Of a DNA stretch of 64,000 nt, positions 7,885 through 17,913 are shown piece after piece. A program made the translations under genes and the position numbers. The stretch comes from a virus. The stretch lies in the UHGV virus genome UHGV-0214148. One strand, 5' to 3'. The notes beneath the pieces were generated by a model. That model did not search any database and was not told the DNA's origin. It saw nothing but the letters and a program-made list of their open reading frames with translations. Numbering within the stretch: position 1 is the first letter of the stretch; every line of letters starts with the position of its first letter.

Positions 7885-10800
7885 TTAATTCCCCTTGAGT
7901 TCTTTAAGCTCTTGGCGAAGAGTTTTCATGCCTTCTACTAACAACGCAATAACACCATTGTAATTTAGACGTAAACGTTTTTCGCCTGAAATGGCATCAT
8001 CATCCTCAGACACAAGCTCAGGTAACGCTTCTAGAGCGTCCTGAGCAATTAGACCTACAGAAGTCTGCCAGCCGTCGTCAGGATGCTGAATTTCGTACAA
8101 ATAACCGGTTAGTAACTCTAACCGATCCAAAGCCTTATCCAGCTTCACCAGATTACGTTTGTTACGACGGTCAGAACGAATCTGTACGTCGTTAAACGAA
8201 CCGTTACCGTTGCCAGTAACGTTATGTCCAAAGTTTACTTGGCCGTTAGAATTATTAAAAGACAACGGGCGTAATCCGTTCCAGGAACCCGCTGCGGCTT
8301 GTCCGGCGTCGGTTACTAAGAAATAGGTATTGGCACCGTCGTTACGTAAAATAAAACCGTAGGTACCGTAAGCGATTCGAAAATCAGGGTATTTAGTGGC
8401 CAATTTACCATTAACGGTTAAATCACCGCCTACAGTACCGCCCCCTGACGGTAACGCGCCCACTTCCGCAGCAGTTGGCTTGTTTCTCGTATTGTAAGCA
8501 CGACGCCAGCCTGGTGAGTATCCATCGCCGTTAAATACGTAGATAAACTCCGCATTAGTGAGTGCTCCGCCGACGCTCGTCGTTGTGGCGGTCGTTATAC
8601 GGATCGTGTAGTTGTTTGTGCTGTTGCCGTTACTAATGACTTCTATAACGGCCCCAGCTAACGGAATGACACCACAACCCGTCTCGCTGTGAGGTATGGA
8701 CGCACTGGCGGCATAAGCCCACGCACAGCGAGCAACCCACGATCTTGTGGTAAATGCGCCGTTATTTTTCAATAACGTCACTAGCTGTGCTGTAGTTATT
8801 GCACCGCCATTAGCGCCAGTTTCTAACCAACCACTAGGTGATGCCGGACAACCTATTTCGGCTGGCCCTAACGATATATTTCTAGTGCCATCAAACGCAA
8901 TACCATTGATGGTTCTTGCGGTTTGCAACTTTGTTGCCGTGGCTGCGTTTCCGGTGGTCGACTGATTCCCTGTTTGGTTTACTCCAGGTAAGTTGATGTC
9001 TTTAGTACCATCAAAAGCTACGCCACCTATATTTCGCGCAGTCTGGAGCTTAGTCGCAGTCGCAGCATTCCCCGTCGTCGATTGGTTACCGGTTTGGTTC
9101 ACACCGGGCAGACTAATGTCTTGCGAACCATCAAAGTTAATACCACCGATCTTACGTGGCGTTTGTAACTTAGTAGCGGTCGCTGCATTACCTGTCGTAT
9201 TCTGGTTACCTTGCTGGTTAACCCCCGGTAAATTGATATCCCCAGTACCGTCAAAGGTAACGCCCCCGATTCTGCGAGCAGTTTTCAGTTTCGTCGCGGT
9301 AGCAGCGTTACCAGTAGTATCTTGATTACCGGTGGTATTTACACCAGGAATACTATCACGGGCAGTATAAACTTGTGCCCAATCTGACCACGGCGCATCC
9401 GCTGTATCGCGTCGACTACGAATATAAACGGGTGCGTGCGCACCACTCGTGCCCGACCAACCGATTAACAGTTCACCTTCACCTAGCGCAGTAGAACCGC
9501 CCAAATGCAGCAAGTTACCATAAGCGGTCGGATAACCGTTATTGTAAACTTCGTACATCTGAATACCGGGTGTACCTTTGTTTGAACCGGTTAGTGCAGT
9601 AACCCGACCACGACCTACCAGGGTGTTGATATTGATGTCAGCAGAACCATCGAATCTCACACCGTTAATATTTCTGGCAGTTTGAAGTTTAGTGGCTGTC
9701 CCGGCATTACCCGTGGTGTTTTGATTACCCTGTTGGTTAACACCTGGGAGGTTAATATCAGCACTACCGTCGAAAGCGACTCCACCAATTCTACGTGCCG
9801 TCTTTAATTTCGTTGCGGTTGAAGCATTGCCTGTTAACTCGCCTGCTAACCCTTTTGCAAAGGTCTGTTTTTCTGCCCAGGTGTGTGCTGCATTCAATAC
9901 AGGCATCTGTCGTGGTGTAATCGTACGACTACCTTTCTCACCAGCGATACGTACTGCAAAGAATCGATAGTTGGCAGTAGACACCGTACTACGCCAAACC
10001 AACATACTCCGGCCTGATGTAGCGCCATCTGATGGACCAACCAGAATGCTAACTAAGTTACCGTCAATAACACCCCAATCCATTCCCGTAGGAATGTTTT
10101 TCATGGTGTTAAGCGGCGTACAGATTAACTCACCCGGTTTAAAGTCATAGGTTTGCCAGTCTAAAGGATCAACATTCGCACGTTCACCGCCGATACCTAA
10201 TACCAGCGGAAGCGAATACGATGTGAAAACCTCACGCCAATCGCTCCAAGCGTTACCCGTACGGATACGTTGGAATTTACGACCTTTAGTTTCTGTACCC
10301 GTACCGTATGTAGTATAATTCTGTTCGACCCCTGTACCGTCTAAGCGTAAGGTAACTTCACAAACGCCTAATATGGTTTCACCAGAAGAACCGGTAAGTG
10401 GACCGTTAGTTGCTTCACCAGTGACACTGAAACGTCCCGGTTTAACGAGATCGTTAAAATTGGCTTTAAAGAAAGCACCGTCAGTCTGATAACCAACCTG
10501 AATCCAATCTTCCCATTGCGGGTTTGATGAATCCCACGTTGCGGTCAAACCACGAACATACATCGTACCACGACGTGTGGTGTATCGCTGCAACCGTCCG
10601 AAAAGACCACCTTCCATTACTTCTAGTACGCCTTGCGCACCGCCACCTTCTTCAGGGTAATGTCTGCTAAAAACAGCCAGCGAACTGCTTGAGTTTCGCC
10701 AGTTACCCATATGCTCAGCGCCACCCAAACTGTTCAAGTCTATAGCGGTAGATAATGGACGTACACCAGTAGTTACCATTCTCCACGGCGACCAGGGTCC

Positions 10801-12324
10801 ATTGGCACCATTCCACTCGCCACTCAGCATACGGTTGTACACGTTACCATTACGACAGGTAAAACGCTGTGCACCACTGTAATTACCGGCTTTATACACT
10901 TCCAGATAACCGACTGCACCGTCTTCTGGGAAATGTTTTGCCATCGACGCATTGGTTGACGTCGACTTAGCCCACGTTCCTGTGTAATTGGCATCAGGAG
11001 CAAATGTGTTAATATCAGCATCTACAGGCATTTCGCCACGGAAACGTAGATAGGTGTCAGGAGACAGACCGATATTGCGAGCAAACGTTTCTTTATCTGG
11101 GATATCAGCGCCGTTAGAGTTTTTCTGTAACGCGCCATTCGCTTTATCTACAGTGGCTTTTAATCCCAAGAAATTGATGATATCCGCAGTTGACCCTTTC
11201 GCTAACAAGGATCTGGCCGTTTCTGTAAAATCCGTTAATCCGACTTTATTACTGCCAGTGAAATACATGAGTTTATTTGCCGCTGTGGTGACTGCGGCAA
11301 TGGCGGTGAGCAACGGACTGAGAGGTTGTTTCTGCGCAAGTTCCCCAGTAATCGTTGTTGCGAAGTTAGGGTCATTACCTAACGCCTCAGCTAATTCCGC
11401 TAAGGTATTTAACGTCTCGGGTGAAGAACCAACCAGTTCCGCAATCGCGTCACGCACCCAGGCCGTTGTGGAGATGCTCGTGTCGTTCGAGTCCTTCGGG
11501 GGTGTTGGGGATGACGGTTTACCCGTAAAATTCGGCGAATGTTTATTGGCTTTTAACTGTAATTCGTCATTCAGCTGTTTAACCGTGGACGGTGTGGCGG
11601 CCTCAGTCACGGATTCGCTAGTCAGTGTATCGTTAAGTTTAACGATACCTTTACCGGTCGTACTAGCGTCGATTAAGCCCTGCGCAGCGATTTTCTCCGC
11701 ACGTAAGGCAGCTGACTCCGAGCGTGTTGCTGCGCCTTCTGAACTTTCTTTATCTTTCGCGACCTGTGCAGCAATCTTCTCCACTGCGCCCTTACTGGCC
11801 TCAACTGAAGCCGCAGTATTCTCGACACCGGTAGCCGTCTGTTGGACTTGTCCGGCCTGTTGCGTAACCGTTTCTGCTTTCTTAGTTACATCAGCCGCTG
11901 CAGCCGTCACCGATTGTTCGCTTGTAGCGACAGCTTGAGCTTTCTCATTTACCGACTGTAATACAGTATCTACGGCAGTTTTCGCGGCTAAAACTTCAGC
12001 GTGTTTTTTGTTAACCTCAGCAGTTTTAGTGGCAACGGTTCCCGCTTGCTCGCTAACGGTGGAAGCTAACGTGTCAGTTTGTTGCTTCGCGGTTTCTGCT
12101 AAGTCTTTTGCTTGTGTGGCTTCTGTTGCAGACTGTTGTGATTTGGCCGCAGCCGTTTGTGCGTCAGCAACCGCGTTTCTGACGGTGTCAATATCCGCAA
12201 CAATCTCGCGGACAGGTAACTGATAATCCCTTTCGTCTTTCGAAAAAAGTAAAACGCCTTCACCGATATCCCCGGTGTATGGACGTAAATCGTGTAAACG
12301 AATTTTCTTTACCGCTTTAGCCAT
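7885..12324 (-). CDS. long tail fibre protein (1479 aa) with tandem fibre repeats and C-terminal intramolecular chaperone (peptidase S74-like) domain
   Basis: About 6 tandem repeats of the type TATKLQTAR-IGGV-FDG--DI-LPGVNQ-GNQ-TTGNAA; C-terminal ...SDRRNKRNLVKLDKALDRLELLTGYLYE... resembles the auto-cleaving chaperone domain of T5 pb1 and endosialidases; N-terminal coiled-coil and anchor region. Confidence 0.8.
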   Translation of the reverse strand: MAKAVKKIRLHDLRPYTGDIGEGVLLFSKDERDYQLPVREIVADIDTVRNAVADAQTAAAKSQQSATEATQAKDLAETAKQQTDTLASTVSEQAGTVATKTAEVNKKHAEVLAAKTAVDTVLQSVNEKAQAVATSEQSVTAAAADVTKKAETVTQQAGQVQQTATGVENTAASVEASKGAVEKIAAQVAKDKESSEGAATRSESAALRAEKIAAQGLIDASTTGKGIVKLNDTLTSESVTEAATPSTVKQLNDELQLKANKHSPNFTGKPSSPTPPKDSNDTSISTTAWVRDAIAELVGSSPETLNTLAELAEALGNDPNFATTITGELAQKQPLSPLLTAIAAVTTAANKLMYFTGSNKVGLTDFTETARSLLAKGSTADIINFLGLKATVDKANGALQKNSNGADIPDKETFARNIGLSPDTYLRFRGEMPVDADINTFAPDANYTGTWAKSTSTNASMAKHFPEDGAVGYLEVYKAGNYSGAQRFTCRNGNVYNRMLSGEWNGANGPWSPWRMVTTGVRPLSTAIDLNSLGGAEHMGNWRNSSSSLAVFSRHYPEEGGGAQGVLEVMEGGLFGRLQRYTTRRGTMYVRGLTATWDSSNPQWEDWIQVGYQTDGAFFKANFNDLVKPGRFSVTGEATNGPLTGSSGETILGVCEVTLRLDGTGVEQNYTTYGTGTETKGRKFQRIRTGNAWSDWREVFTSYSLPLVLGIGGERANVDPLDWQTYDFKPGELICTPLNTMKNIPTGMDWGVIDGNLVSILVGPSDGATSGRSMLVWRSTVSTANYRFFAVRIAGEKGSRTITPRQMPVLNAAHTWAEKQTFAKGLAGELTGNASTATKLKTARRIGGVAFDGSADINLPGVNQQGNQNTTGNAGTATKLQTARNINGVRFDGSADININTLVGRGRVTALTGSNKGTPGIQMYEVYNNGYPTAYGNLLHLGGSTALGEGELLIGWSGTSGAHAPVYIRSRRDTADAPWSDWAQVYTARDSIPGVNTTGNQDTTGNAATATKLKTARRIGGVTFDGTGDINLPGVNQQGNQNTTGNAATATKLQTPRKIGGINFDGSQDISLPGVNQTGNQSTTGNAATATKLQTARNIGGVAFDGTKDINLPGVNQTGNQSTTGNAATATKLQTARTINGIAFDGTRNISLGPAEIGCPASPSGWLETGANGGAITTAQLVTLLKNNGAFTTRSWVARCAWAYAASASIPHSETGCGVIPLAGAVIEVISNGNSTNNYTIRITTATTTSVGGALTNAEFIYVFNGDGYSPGWRRAYNTRNKPTAAEVGALPSGGGTVGGDLTVNGKLATKYPDFRIAYGTYGFILRNDGANTYFLVTDAGQAAAGSWNGLRPLSFNNSNGQVNFGHNVTGNGNGSFNDVQIRSDRRNKRNLVKLDKALDRLELLTGYLYEIQHPDDGWQTSVGLIAQDALEALPELVSEDDDAISGEKRLRLNYNGVIALLVEGMKTLRQELKELKGN
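8780..9850 (-). repeat. in-frame tandem coding repeats (~35 aa units) within the long tail fibre gene
   Basis: Repeated peptide motif visible in translation; also generates spurious antisense ORFs 8747..8965 and 8993..9325. Confidence 0.7.
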
Positions 12325-12526
12325 GATATTTAATTCTCTATCGGGAGCTAAAAGATCTGAGGAAGTGTTTTACCCCTCAACATTTTTATAAGCGGATTAT
12401 TATACTGGTTTTAATCCATCATCTTCTAACGTGAAAGTGATGCCCAACTCCGCGCTTCATGATTTGGGATTGTTAAGTTTTGATAAAAGTTTGCTTTGAC
12501 CTCCATTACCGGTAAAACGGTCAAGT

Positions 12527-13087
12527 TCATGTAGCCGGGTTTTCTTCAGCTGTGTCGTCATCTGGAACCTCAAAGGTAAGAACGGCATCATCACCAATAC
12601 AGAAGATCGCATCATCTTCGTTTGCTAATGCTCGTTCGGTTGTATCGAATAACGTTACCATAAACGCATTCATCCACGCAGGAGAATCGTCAGCAACGTT
12701 AACAGCAATGGGTTCGTTACCTAAGGTGATATCTGCAGCACGTAAATCTTCGGGTTGTAAGTTCGTTCCGCAGAATTCATTTACAACACCTAAAATGTCA
12801 CGAAGGTTGTCTTCAGTACCGTCTAACGAAATCAAAATAGGTTCAGACGCTAACACTTCGTCCGCATCCAAACGGTCGTAATAAACAACCACAGAAGCAC
12901 CATCAGGTTTCCTGATTTTTGTAATCTCTGTCAGTGTGTTACGACGCGAAGTGGTCGGGGACGGGTTTGCCATAGTGTTGCTAATACGGATTTCGTTTAG
13001 AGACAACCGTGAACCGTTATCGTGGTTGATTAAAGCGACCACTAATTCGGCTGAGGCCAGACTTAAATCAGGTACGTAAGTAGTCAC
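12527..13087 (-). CDS. tail-fibre-associated protein, paralog of 5926..6438 (GTG start at 13087)
   Basis: ORF track start at 13153 would translate a terminator hairpin; GTG at 13087 with GGGAGG RBS gives an N-terminus (MTTYVPDLSL) that aligns with the paralog's MEKFTPDLSL. Confidence 0.7.
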   Translation of the reverse strand: MTTYVPDLSLASAELVVALINHDNGSRLSLNEIRISNTMANPSPTTSRRNTLTEITKIRKPDGASVVVYYDRLDADEVLASEPILISLDGTEDNLRDILGVVNEFCGTNLQPEDLRAADITLGNEPIAVNVADDSPAWMNAFMVTLFDTTERALANEDDAIFCIGDDAVLTFEVPDDDTAEENPAT

Positions 13088-13100
13088 TAAAACCTCCCAG

Positions 13101-13145
13101 ATCAAAAAAATAAAAACACCTACCGCCCATAGAATCGGGCGGTAG
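13101..13145 (-). terminator. intrinsic terminator (hairpin CTACCGCCC...GGGCGGTAG + T-run)
   Basis: Stem-loop plus TTTTTATTTTTTT on minus strand; mistranslated as N-terminus in ORF track. Confidence 0.6.
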
Positions 13146-13173
13146 ACAGTCATTTTACAGCTAAAAAATCAAA

Positions 13174-13548
13174 TCAGTCCGTTAATTCTCCACACAACTC
13201 GACGTCAATACCGAACATCAATCCCACCTCTTGAAGCTTGTTCGCCAATAAGTGGCGATGACAAAACTTACCTGGCGGACAATAACACATCAAAACCAAA
13301 TCTTCGTGTCTAAGTAATGACACTAAAGTTTCGGCGTCGGTATCTAACAGTCGTTCGAGTTTGTACAAATACTTTATCGTGTACTCGCGTTCAGCAGCTG
13401 CATCCTTTGCAGAGTTTTTATACGCCATTAAGAAATCCCAGTCGGGGGCGAGTTCCTTTCGCCCCGACTTCACAGTGATATCCACTACGTGAAACCCTTT
13501 CTGCTTAGCTAACCGCCACTTAGCGAGTTGTAACGTCCAGATACGCAT
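13174..13548 (-). CDS. hypothetical protein, DUF488-like (C-x-C...C-H-R motif)
   Basis: Motif LVLMCYCPPGKFCHRHLLA matches from memory the conserved cysteine/CHR block of DUF488; not verified. Confidence 0.4.
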   Translation of the reverse strand: MRIWTLQLAKWRLAKQKGFHVVDITVKSGRKELAPDWDFLMAYKNSAKDAAAEREYTIKYLYKLERLLDTDAETLVSLLRHEDLVLMCYCPPGKFCHRHLLANKLQEVGLMFGIDVELCGELTD

Positions 13549-13745
13549 TAGGAACGAGTCTGCGATTCAGCCATCAACGCACAACTTTTCACAGCCTGTG
13601 CATGAAGCTCTGTACCAGGTGTGTAATCCTTTATACAATCCTGATACAATTCGCTTTTCTTTTCTAAAACACGATTGTCGCACTCGGCACTTGCTAGTGC
13701 CCCAGCGATAAGGATAAAAGCTACAATCGGTAACCAAATCTTCAT
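13548..13745 (-). CDS. small secreted protein (65 aa; cleavable signal peptide ALASA|E)
   Basis: Hydrophobic N-terminus with AxA site; periplasmic part paralogous to 13742..13969 (LY.-C...., .VK-C motifs). Confidence 0.55.
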   Translation of the reverse strand: MKIWLPIVAFILIAGALASAECDNRVLEKKSELYQDCIKDYTPGTELHAQAVKSCALMAESQTRS

Positions 13746-13969
13746 CGGCCATCTCCCATTAGTTTAGCATGTTCTGTGCACGCCTTTACCAATTCGCTGT
13801 AACGCGGATCGTCTACGGTCTTTCCTGACATACACTCACGATAAAGGCTTTCTTTGCGCGAGTCATCTGACACACGGACATAAAACATCAGCATCGTCAC
13901 AACCAGCACGGTTGAAACAATCGCTGAGATGATGTATCCATTAGCTCTTTTCATCGTATAAAACACCAT
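13742..13969 (-). CDS. small membrane-anchored protein (75 aa), paralog of 13548..13745
   Basis: N-terminal TM segment; ATGA overlap with neighbour. Confidence 0.55.
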   Translation of the reverse strand: MVFYTMKRANGYIISAIVSTVLVVTMLMFYVRVSDDSRKESLYRECMSGKTVDDPRYSELVKACTEHAKLMGDGR

Positions 13970-14472
13970 GGTTCTGGATAAAACCCTGTAAGTAAATCAA
14001 CGTAAAAACTATGTAAATTTGTTAGTGTTATAACGCACCCTAACAAATCATGCTCAGTATGGTGATAAATCACTACAGATGTTTCTGATACTCGTTTAAC
14101 ATGTATATGGCCCACGTCTTTAATGCTCTGATACAATCGTCCGAAATCGACCGTACCGACAGCATCAGATGAATCCGTAACCGAGTACCGTATACGTGGA
14201 GTCTCATTATTTACTAACGAAAGAAATTTCTCCACACTTTCAGCATGGATTTGTTCCATAAAGGATAAGTGTGGGAACACTTCTTTACGTAACGCGCTGC
14301 TTGAAATCTTAGCAAAAACCTGACGTTCCGTTAAGCGCATTAACTCGCCTAATCTTTTCAAGTCTTTGTTATAGTTCAGAAAAGCAACCACCTTTTCATC
14401 GTGCGTAATAGGCGGCCATTCGACCGCCTTTGCCCGACGTTGCTTAAACCAACTCGCGAGTCGCGCTATCAC
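13951..14472 (-). CDS. hypothetical protein (173 aa)
   Basis: ORF track; operon packing. Confidence 0.7.
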   Translation of the reverse strand: MIARLASWFKQRRAKAVEWPPITHDEKVVAFLNYNKDLKRLGELMRLTERQVFAKISSSALRKEVFPHLSFMEQIHAESVEKFLSLVNNETPRIRYSVTDSSDAVGTVDFGRLYQSIKDVGHIHVKRVSETSVVIYHHTEHDLLGCVITLTNLHSFYVDLLTGFYPEPWCFIR

Positions 14473-14474
14473 GC

Positions 14475-15167
14475 TTAGTAATCCTCTTCCTGATTCACTA
14501 CCGATTGGATACGGGATGCGACTTCGTTAGTGTCCAGGTCAGTTTCGTCTACCTTATCCACAAGTTTCTGTACTTTACGTACATGTGATTCGGTAATATC
14601 AAAACGACCACGATCGGCTAACAACAACGTTACCATGTCCTTACGTGTAACCATCAGTTCTTCTTCAGGTAAGTGTAAGGATTTGTCTAACAGACCCGAA
14701 TGCATGAAGTTTTCCAGTAAGCGTTCTTCCCCCTGGTCGAAATCATAACGTTCGTTAGGTGCAGCAACGAAAGCATAACCGAAGTAGTTTTCTTCCGTCT
14801 CACGTAGCGACTTGATGATTTTGTCACCGTGTTGACAGAAATCACTTAACGTGTAGTCGTCAAGCGTTGCCACGACGGTTTCTGCTTGCACACCATTATC
14901 TGTTTCGTACAGATGCGCAACCCACAGTTTCCAGTTACGTGGCTCGTCAAACAAACCACCGATTAACATATCGGTAGCCGCCATGCGCATACGCGGTGAC
15001 GTTGTAAACTGGAAACCACGACCTGCGTACGGACCGATAGGACGAATAGAGCTACCGACGAAAGTAATGCGGTTTAGCGCATTTTCAGCAATGGTGTGCG
15101 CAGTACGGTTAGCAGCGGCTTTCGGATTATACTTTTTGTTACGCGGTTTCTTTTGTTTGGTAGCCAT
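14475..15167 (-). CDS. hypothetical protein (230 aa)
   Basis: ORF track. Confidence 0.75.
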   Translation of the reverse strand: MATKQKKPRNKKYNPKAAANRTAHTIAENALNRITFVGSSIRPIGPYAGRGFQFTTSPRMRMAATDMLIGGLFDEPRNWKLWVAHLYETDNGVQAETVVATLDDYTLSDFCQHGDKIIKSLRETEENYFGYAFVAAPNERYDFDQGEERLLENFMHSGLLDKSLHLPEEELMVTRKDMVTLLLADRGRFDITESHVRKVQKLVDKVDETDLDTNEVASRIQSVVNQEEDY

Positions 15168-15649
15168 TATTTATTCTCAACTAATACTGTGTGAAATGCT
15201 TTGTAAAGAGCTTGACGTGTCTCAATTAACGCGGGACGATTAATCAAGCACATGTATCCAATTTTCCAAGACCAGTAAGAAGTGTCGTCGGTATTTAACC
15301 CGTAATCAGGTTCAAGATATACCAAATCCGTGTATGCATCTGGTATATAAAGACGACACAAACTAAGATTCCAGAAATTCGGTAAATCCGATTTTGCAAG
15401 TTCAGTCATAACCTGCATTGGAATCTGACTTCCAATAGCGTCTGTTGCAAAAACGATATGCAGATTTCCAGGTGACTTAGAATACATACCGTGACCTTCA
15501 CAACTCCACATTGTCGCCAAGTGTGGATGGTCGTTGATTAGCTTGCAGGTGTCACGAACACCTTTTTCAATATAGCCGTTTTTAACTGCAAACTGACTAC
15601 GCTCTTTAAATGATGCTAGTCTTTCTGCATCAACAGAAAATTGATTCAT
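15167..15649 (-). CDS. hypothetical protein (160 aa)
   Basis: ORF track; start overlaps upstream stop. Confidence 0.75.
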   Translation of the reverse strand: MNQFSVDAERLASFKERSQFAVKNGYIEKGVRDTCKLINDHPHLATMWSCEGHGMYSKSPGNLHIVFATDAIGSQIPMQVMTELAKSDLPNFWNLSLCRLYIPDAYTDLVYLEPDYGLNTDDTSYWSWKIGYMCLINRPALIETRQALYKAFHTVLVENK

Positions 15650-16110
15650 GTTGGGTTCTTCCCTAAAATTATCTCACGCATTTCCAGGTAGGTGTCAAAC
15701 GGCACCACGGTGTCTTTATAACGTAGCGTTACGTAGGTTACAAAATGTTGGGGTGCCAGGAAAGGACGTTTTGGTGACCCGTCGTGATTGTAATACTGCT
15801 TCGGACGATATTTGTTGAAAATGTCTTCCCGTGGGAATAATGATTTCTGAATAACCACTTCCCAACGGTGCGGCGTTTCCAAGAGCCCAATACGGATCAG
15901 CATACCATCTACCCACCGGCTCATGTTTTCGGTTAATACGAAACTGACGTGGTGATGTTGTACCTCTGCTAACGCGACTTCGGGTTCTTTATCCAGTCGC
16001 ATTAATACCGCAAACAGTGGGCGATAATCAGAATCGTACAAGTCACGGAAAGCAGTTTTCTCACGCTGTTTAAACAACTCAACAATTTCTTTAGATTCGA
16101 AGTAATTCAT
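15646..16110 (-). CDS. hypothetical protein (154 aa; start revised to ATG at 16110, ATGA overlap with upstream stop)
   Basis: ORF track start at 16152 would overlap upstream gene by 46 nt; ATG at 16110 gives classic ATGA coupling. Confidence 0.7.
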   Translation of the reverse strand: MNYFESKEIVELFKQREKTAFRDLYDSDYRPLFAVLMRLDKEPEVALAEVQHHHVSFVLTENMSRWVDGMLIRIGLLETPHRWEVVIQKSLFPREDIFNKYRPKQYYNHDGSPKRPFLAPQHFVTYVTLRYKDTVVPFDTYLEMREIILGKNPT

Positions 16111-16502
16111 TTTGAAATCCCCAATTCGTAAGTAACTAAATCGAACAAACACATTTCCAGCATCGCTTGATACAATGTGTGTTCCCCATTACCCACAAAA
16201 CCATTGTTCAACATTTTATACGTATCTACCCCAAACATCGTCTTTACGTCTATAGGACGTTTTTCGAGAATACGTAATAGCGATATTTCCATTACAATCC
16301 AATAAGCAGGCTCAACCTTAATTCTGAATAACGGATTGATTTTACTTATTGTTTTATCCCAAATATTAAACCAGCGAACCCATTCTGTGCTATTCTGGGG
16401 TTTACGCAATCTAAGACGCGTATACGGTGAGTTGTTATATTGGTCGATAAATGTCTTAATGACATCAGCTTTTCTTGACATTATACCTATTATTGCGGTC
16501 AT
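16107..16502 (-). CDS. hypothetical protein (131 aa)
   Basis: ORF track. Confidence 0.7.
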   Translation of the reverse strand: MTAIIGIMSRKADVIKTFIDQYNNSPYTRLRLRKPQNSTEWVRWFNIWDKTISKINPLFRIKVEPAYWIVMEISLLRILEKRPIDVKTMFGVDTYKMLNNGFVGNGEHTLYQAMLEMCLFDLVTYELGISK

Positions 16503-16548
16503 CTCTATATTCTCCTAATCATTAAAATAGCCGCAGTTGTAAAAAAGA

Positions 16549-17070
16549 CTACGGGTTAAAAGGTAGCGGCTTGCAATCCCGCTTTTTCATCTCCTCTACT
16601 AACTCAGGTAATGTACACCAGCGTTTAAATTGGTTGTTAGCTTTAAAGTGGCTGAGAATCTCCTCAATGCGCTCAATAGACCACTTCCCTTTCCCTACGT
16701 TGTCTAGATCCTTACGTACCGATAGCGTCTCAATGGTAAACGCTAACTCTGAACTATCCGAGTGGTCGTACAACAATCTTACTGGTGTTGGTTGGTGTAG
16801 CGTAACACGCCACCCTGCCTCTTTAGCCCAATAGACGTCTTTAATTCGACCGCTGACGTCAATTACGGAACTGATATAAGTCCAATCGCTATCCAATTTG
16901 TTCTTTTCGGCGGTTAATGCATCTTCTAATCGTAAGGAGTTAGGGGACGGAATCCACCAACCGTACTTACCGTAATAATCGTCTATTACAGTAATACCTT
17001 CGTAATACAAATATTGTGTTTTTGTATTAACGAATATTTCATCGCCAATTAAAACCACGTTTATCTTCAT
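16549..17070 (-). CDS. hypothetical protein (173 aa)
   Basis: ORF track. Confidence 0.75.
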   Translation of the reverse strand: MKINVVLIGDEIFVNTKTQYLYYEGITVIDDYYGKYGWWIPSPNSLRLEDALTAEKNKLDSDWTYISSVIDVSGRIKDVYWAKEAGWRVTLHQPTPVRLLYDHSDSSELAFTIETLSVRKDLDNVGKGKWSIERIEEILSHFKANNQFKRWCTLPELVEEMKKRDCKPLPFNP

Positions 17071-17558
17071 CGTAAGTGCTTCCTGTAAAACAAGTCATAG
17101 GTGGTCGAGCTAGATGGATCAATAGAACCTACCAATGGCATAATTTTCTTTTCTGATATTCCAGTTGCCCAAGCAGCTCGCGCAAAACCTCCGCCAGAAC
17201 CCGTTGTCCAAACCGCATTTTTATTTATTACAAACGTTTTAAACTTATCTGCTACTAATGTCAGCCAATGTGTTTCTTTAGCCGTAAAAATGACGATTTG
17301 ATCGTATATTCGCTCTTTTTCGATAAGATCCGCAAGCAAGGGCTCAACCTTCTTACGTTTATCCTCGTCTAAATATTCTTCTATAGCAGCGGTAATCGAC
17401 ATTTTCCAAAACTCGGTGTCCAGTACACGTTCGCCCGTGTAGAAAACAAACTTGTTTTTGTGTTTATGCAGTTTGGGCAATTCTTTAACCGTACCAGCAT
17501 AATCCACAAGTCGGTCAGCTAAAATGTAATCCTTTGTTACCAATACCGTTGTCATCAC
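17067..17558 (-). CDS. hypothetical protein (163 aa)
   Basis: ORF track; 4-nt overlap with downstream gene. Confidence 0.75.
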   Translation of the reverse strand: MMTTVLVTKDYILADRLVDYAGTVKELPKLHKHKNKFVFYTGERVLDTEFWKMSITAAIEEYLDEDKRKKVEPLLADLIEKERIYDQIVIFTAKETHWLTLVADKFKTFVINKNAVWTTGSGGGFARAAWATGISEKKIMPLVGSIDPSSSTTYDLFYRKHLR

Positions 17559-17564
17559 ACACCT

Positions 17565-17606
17565 CGAAGAAAAATAAAAGTACCCTCTCTCCTAACGGAG
17601 AGAGGG
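17565..17606 (-). terminator. intrinsic terminator (CCCTCTCTCC-TAAC-GGAGAGAGGG)
   Basis: 10-bp GC-rich stem then T-run on minus strand. Confidence 0.7.
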
Positions 17607-17613
17607 GCACTGC

Positions 17614-17883
17614 TTAAATCTTACGGCTGCTACCGTAGCAGCCACGACCGGCTGTCGTTTTCGCAGCACTGACAGGCGCTAACGCAACCATCGTACCATC
17701 GTCCTTAACAATCTGTAAGTTACCTGCGCGAACCAGACCTTTAAAGGTAATCTTCACGCCCTTACGTAAACTCTTCACATTGAAACCGTCGAGTTTGAGT
17801 GTTTTGATTTTCTCAGGTTTACCTTCTTCGTAATAAGAAAGTACATTACCTGCACGTTTTTCAACAATATAGATCTTAGCCAT
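17614..17883 (-). CDS. hypothetical small basic protein (89 aa), own promoter-like motif and terminator
   Basis: Flanked by promoter-like motif (17914..17947) and terminator (17565..17606). Confidence 0.7.
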   Translation of the reverse strand: MAKIYIVEKRAGNVLSYYEEGKPEKIKTLKLDGFNVKSLRKGVKITFKGLVRAGNLQIVKDDGTMVALAPVSAAKTTAGRGCYGSSRKI

Positions 17884-17913
17884 TTTAGATTACTCCATTT
17901 AGTTAAGTGAGAA

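Noticed and set aside
8747-11938. Plus-strand ORFs inside the tail fibre gene (8747..8965, 8993..9325, 11054..11938)
   Set aside because: Antisense to a 1479-aa ORF with clear repeats and conserved domains; low-complexity translations.
13088-13153. N-terminal 22 codons of ORF-track gene 12527..13153 (hydrophobic segment)
   Set aside because: This stretch is the translation of a terminator hairpin plus T-run; the paralog alignment and a GGGAGG RBS support the GTG start at 13087.
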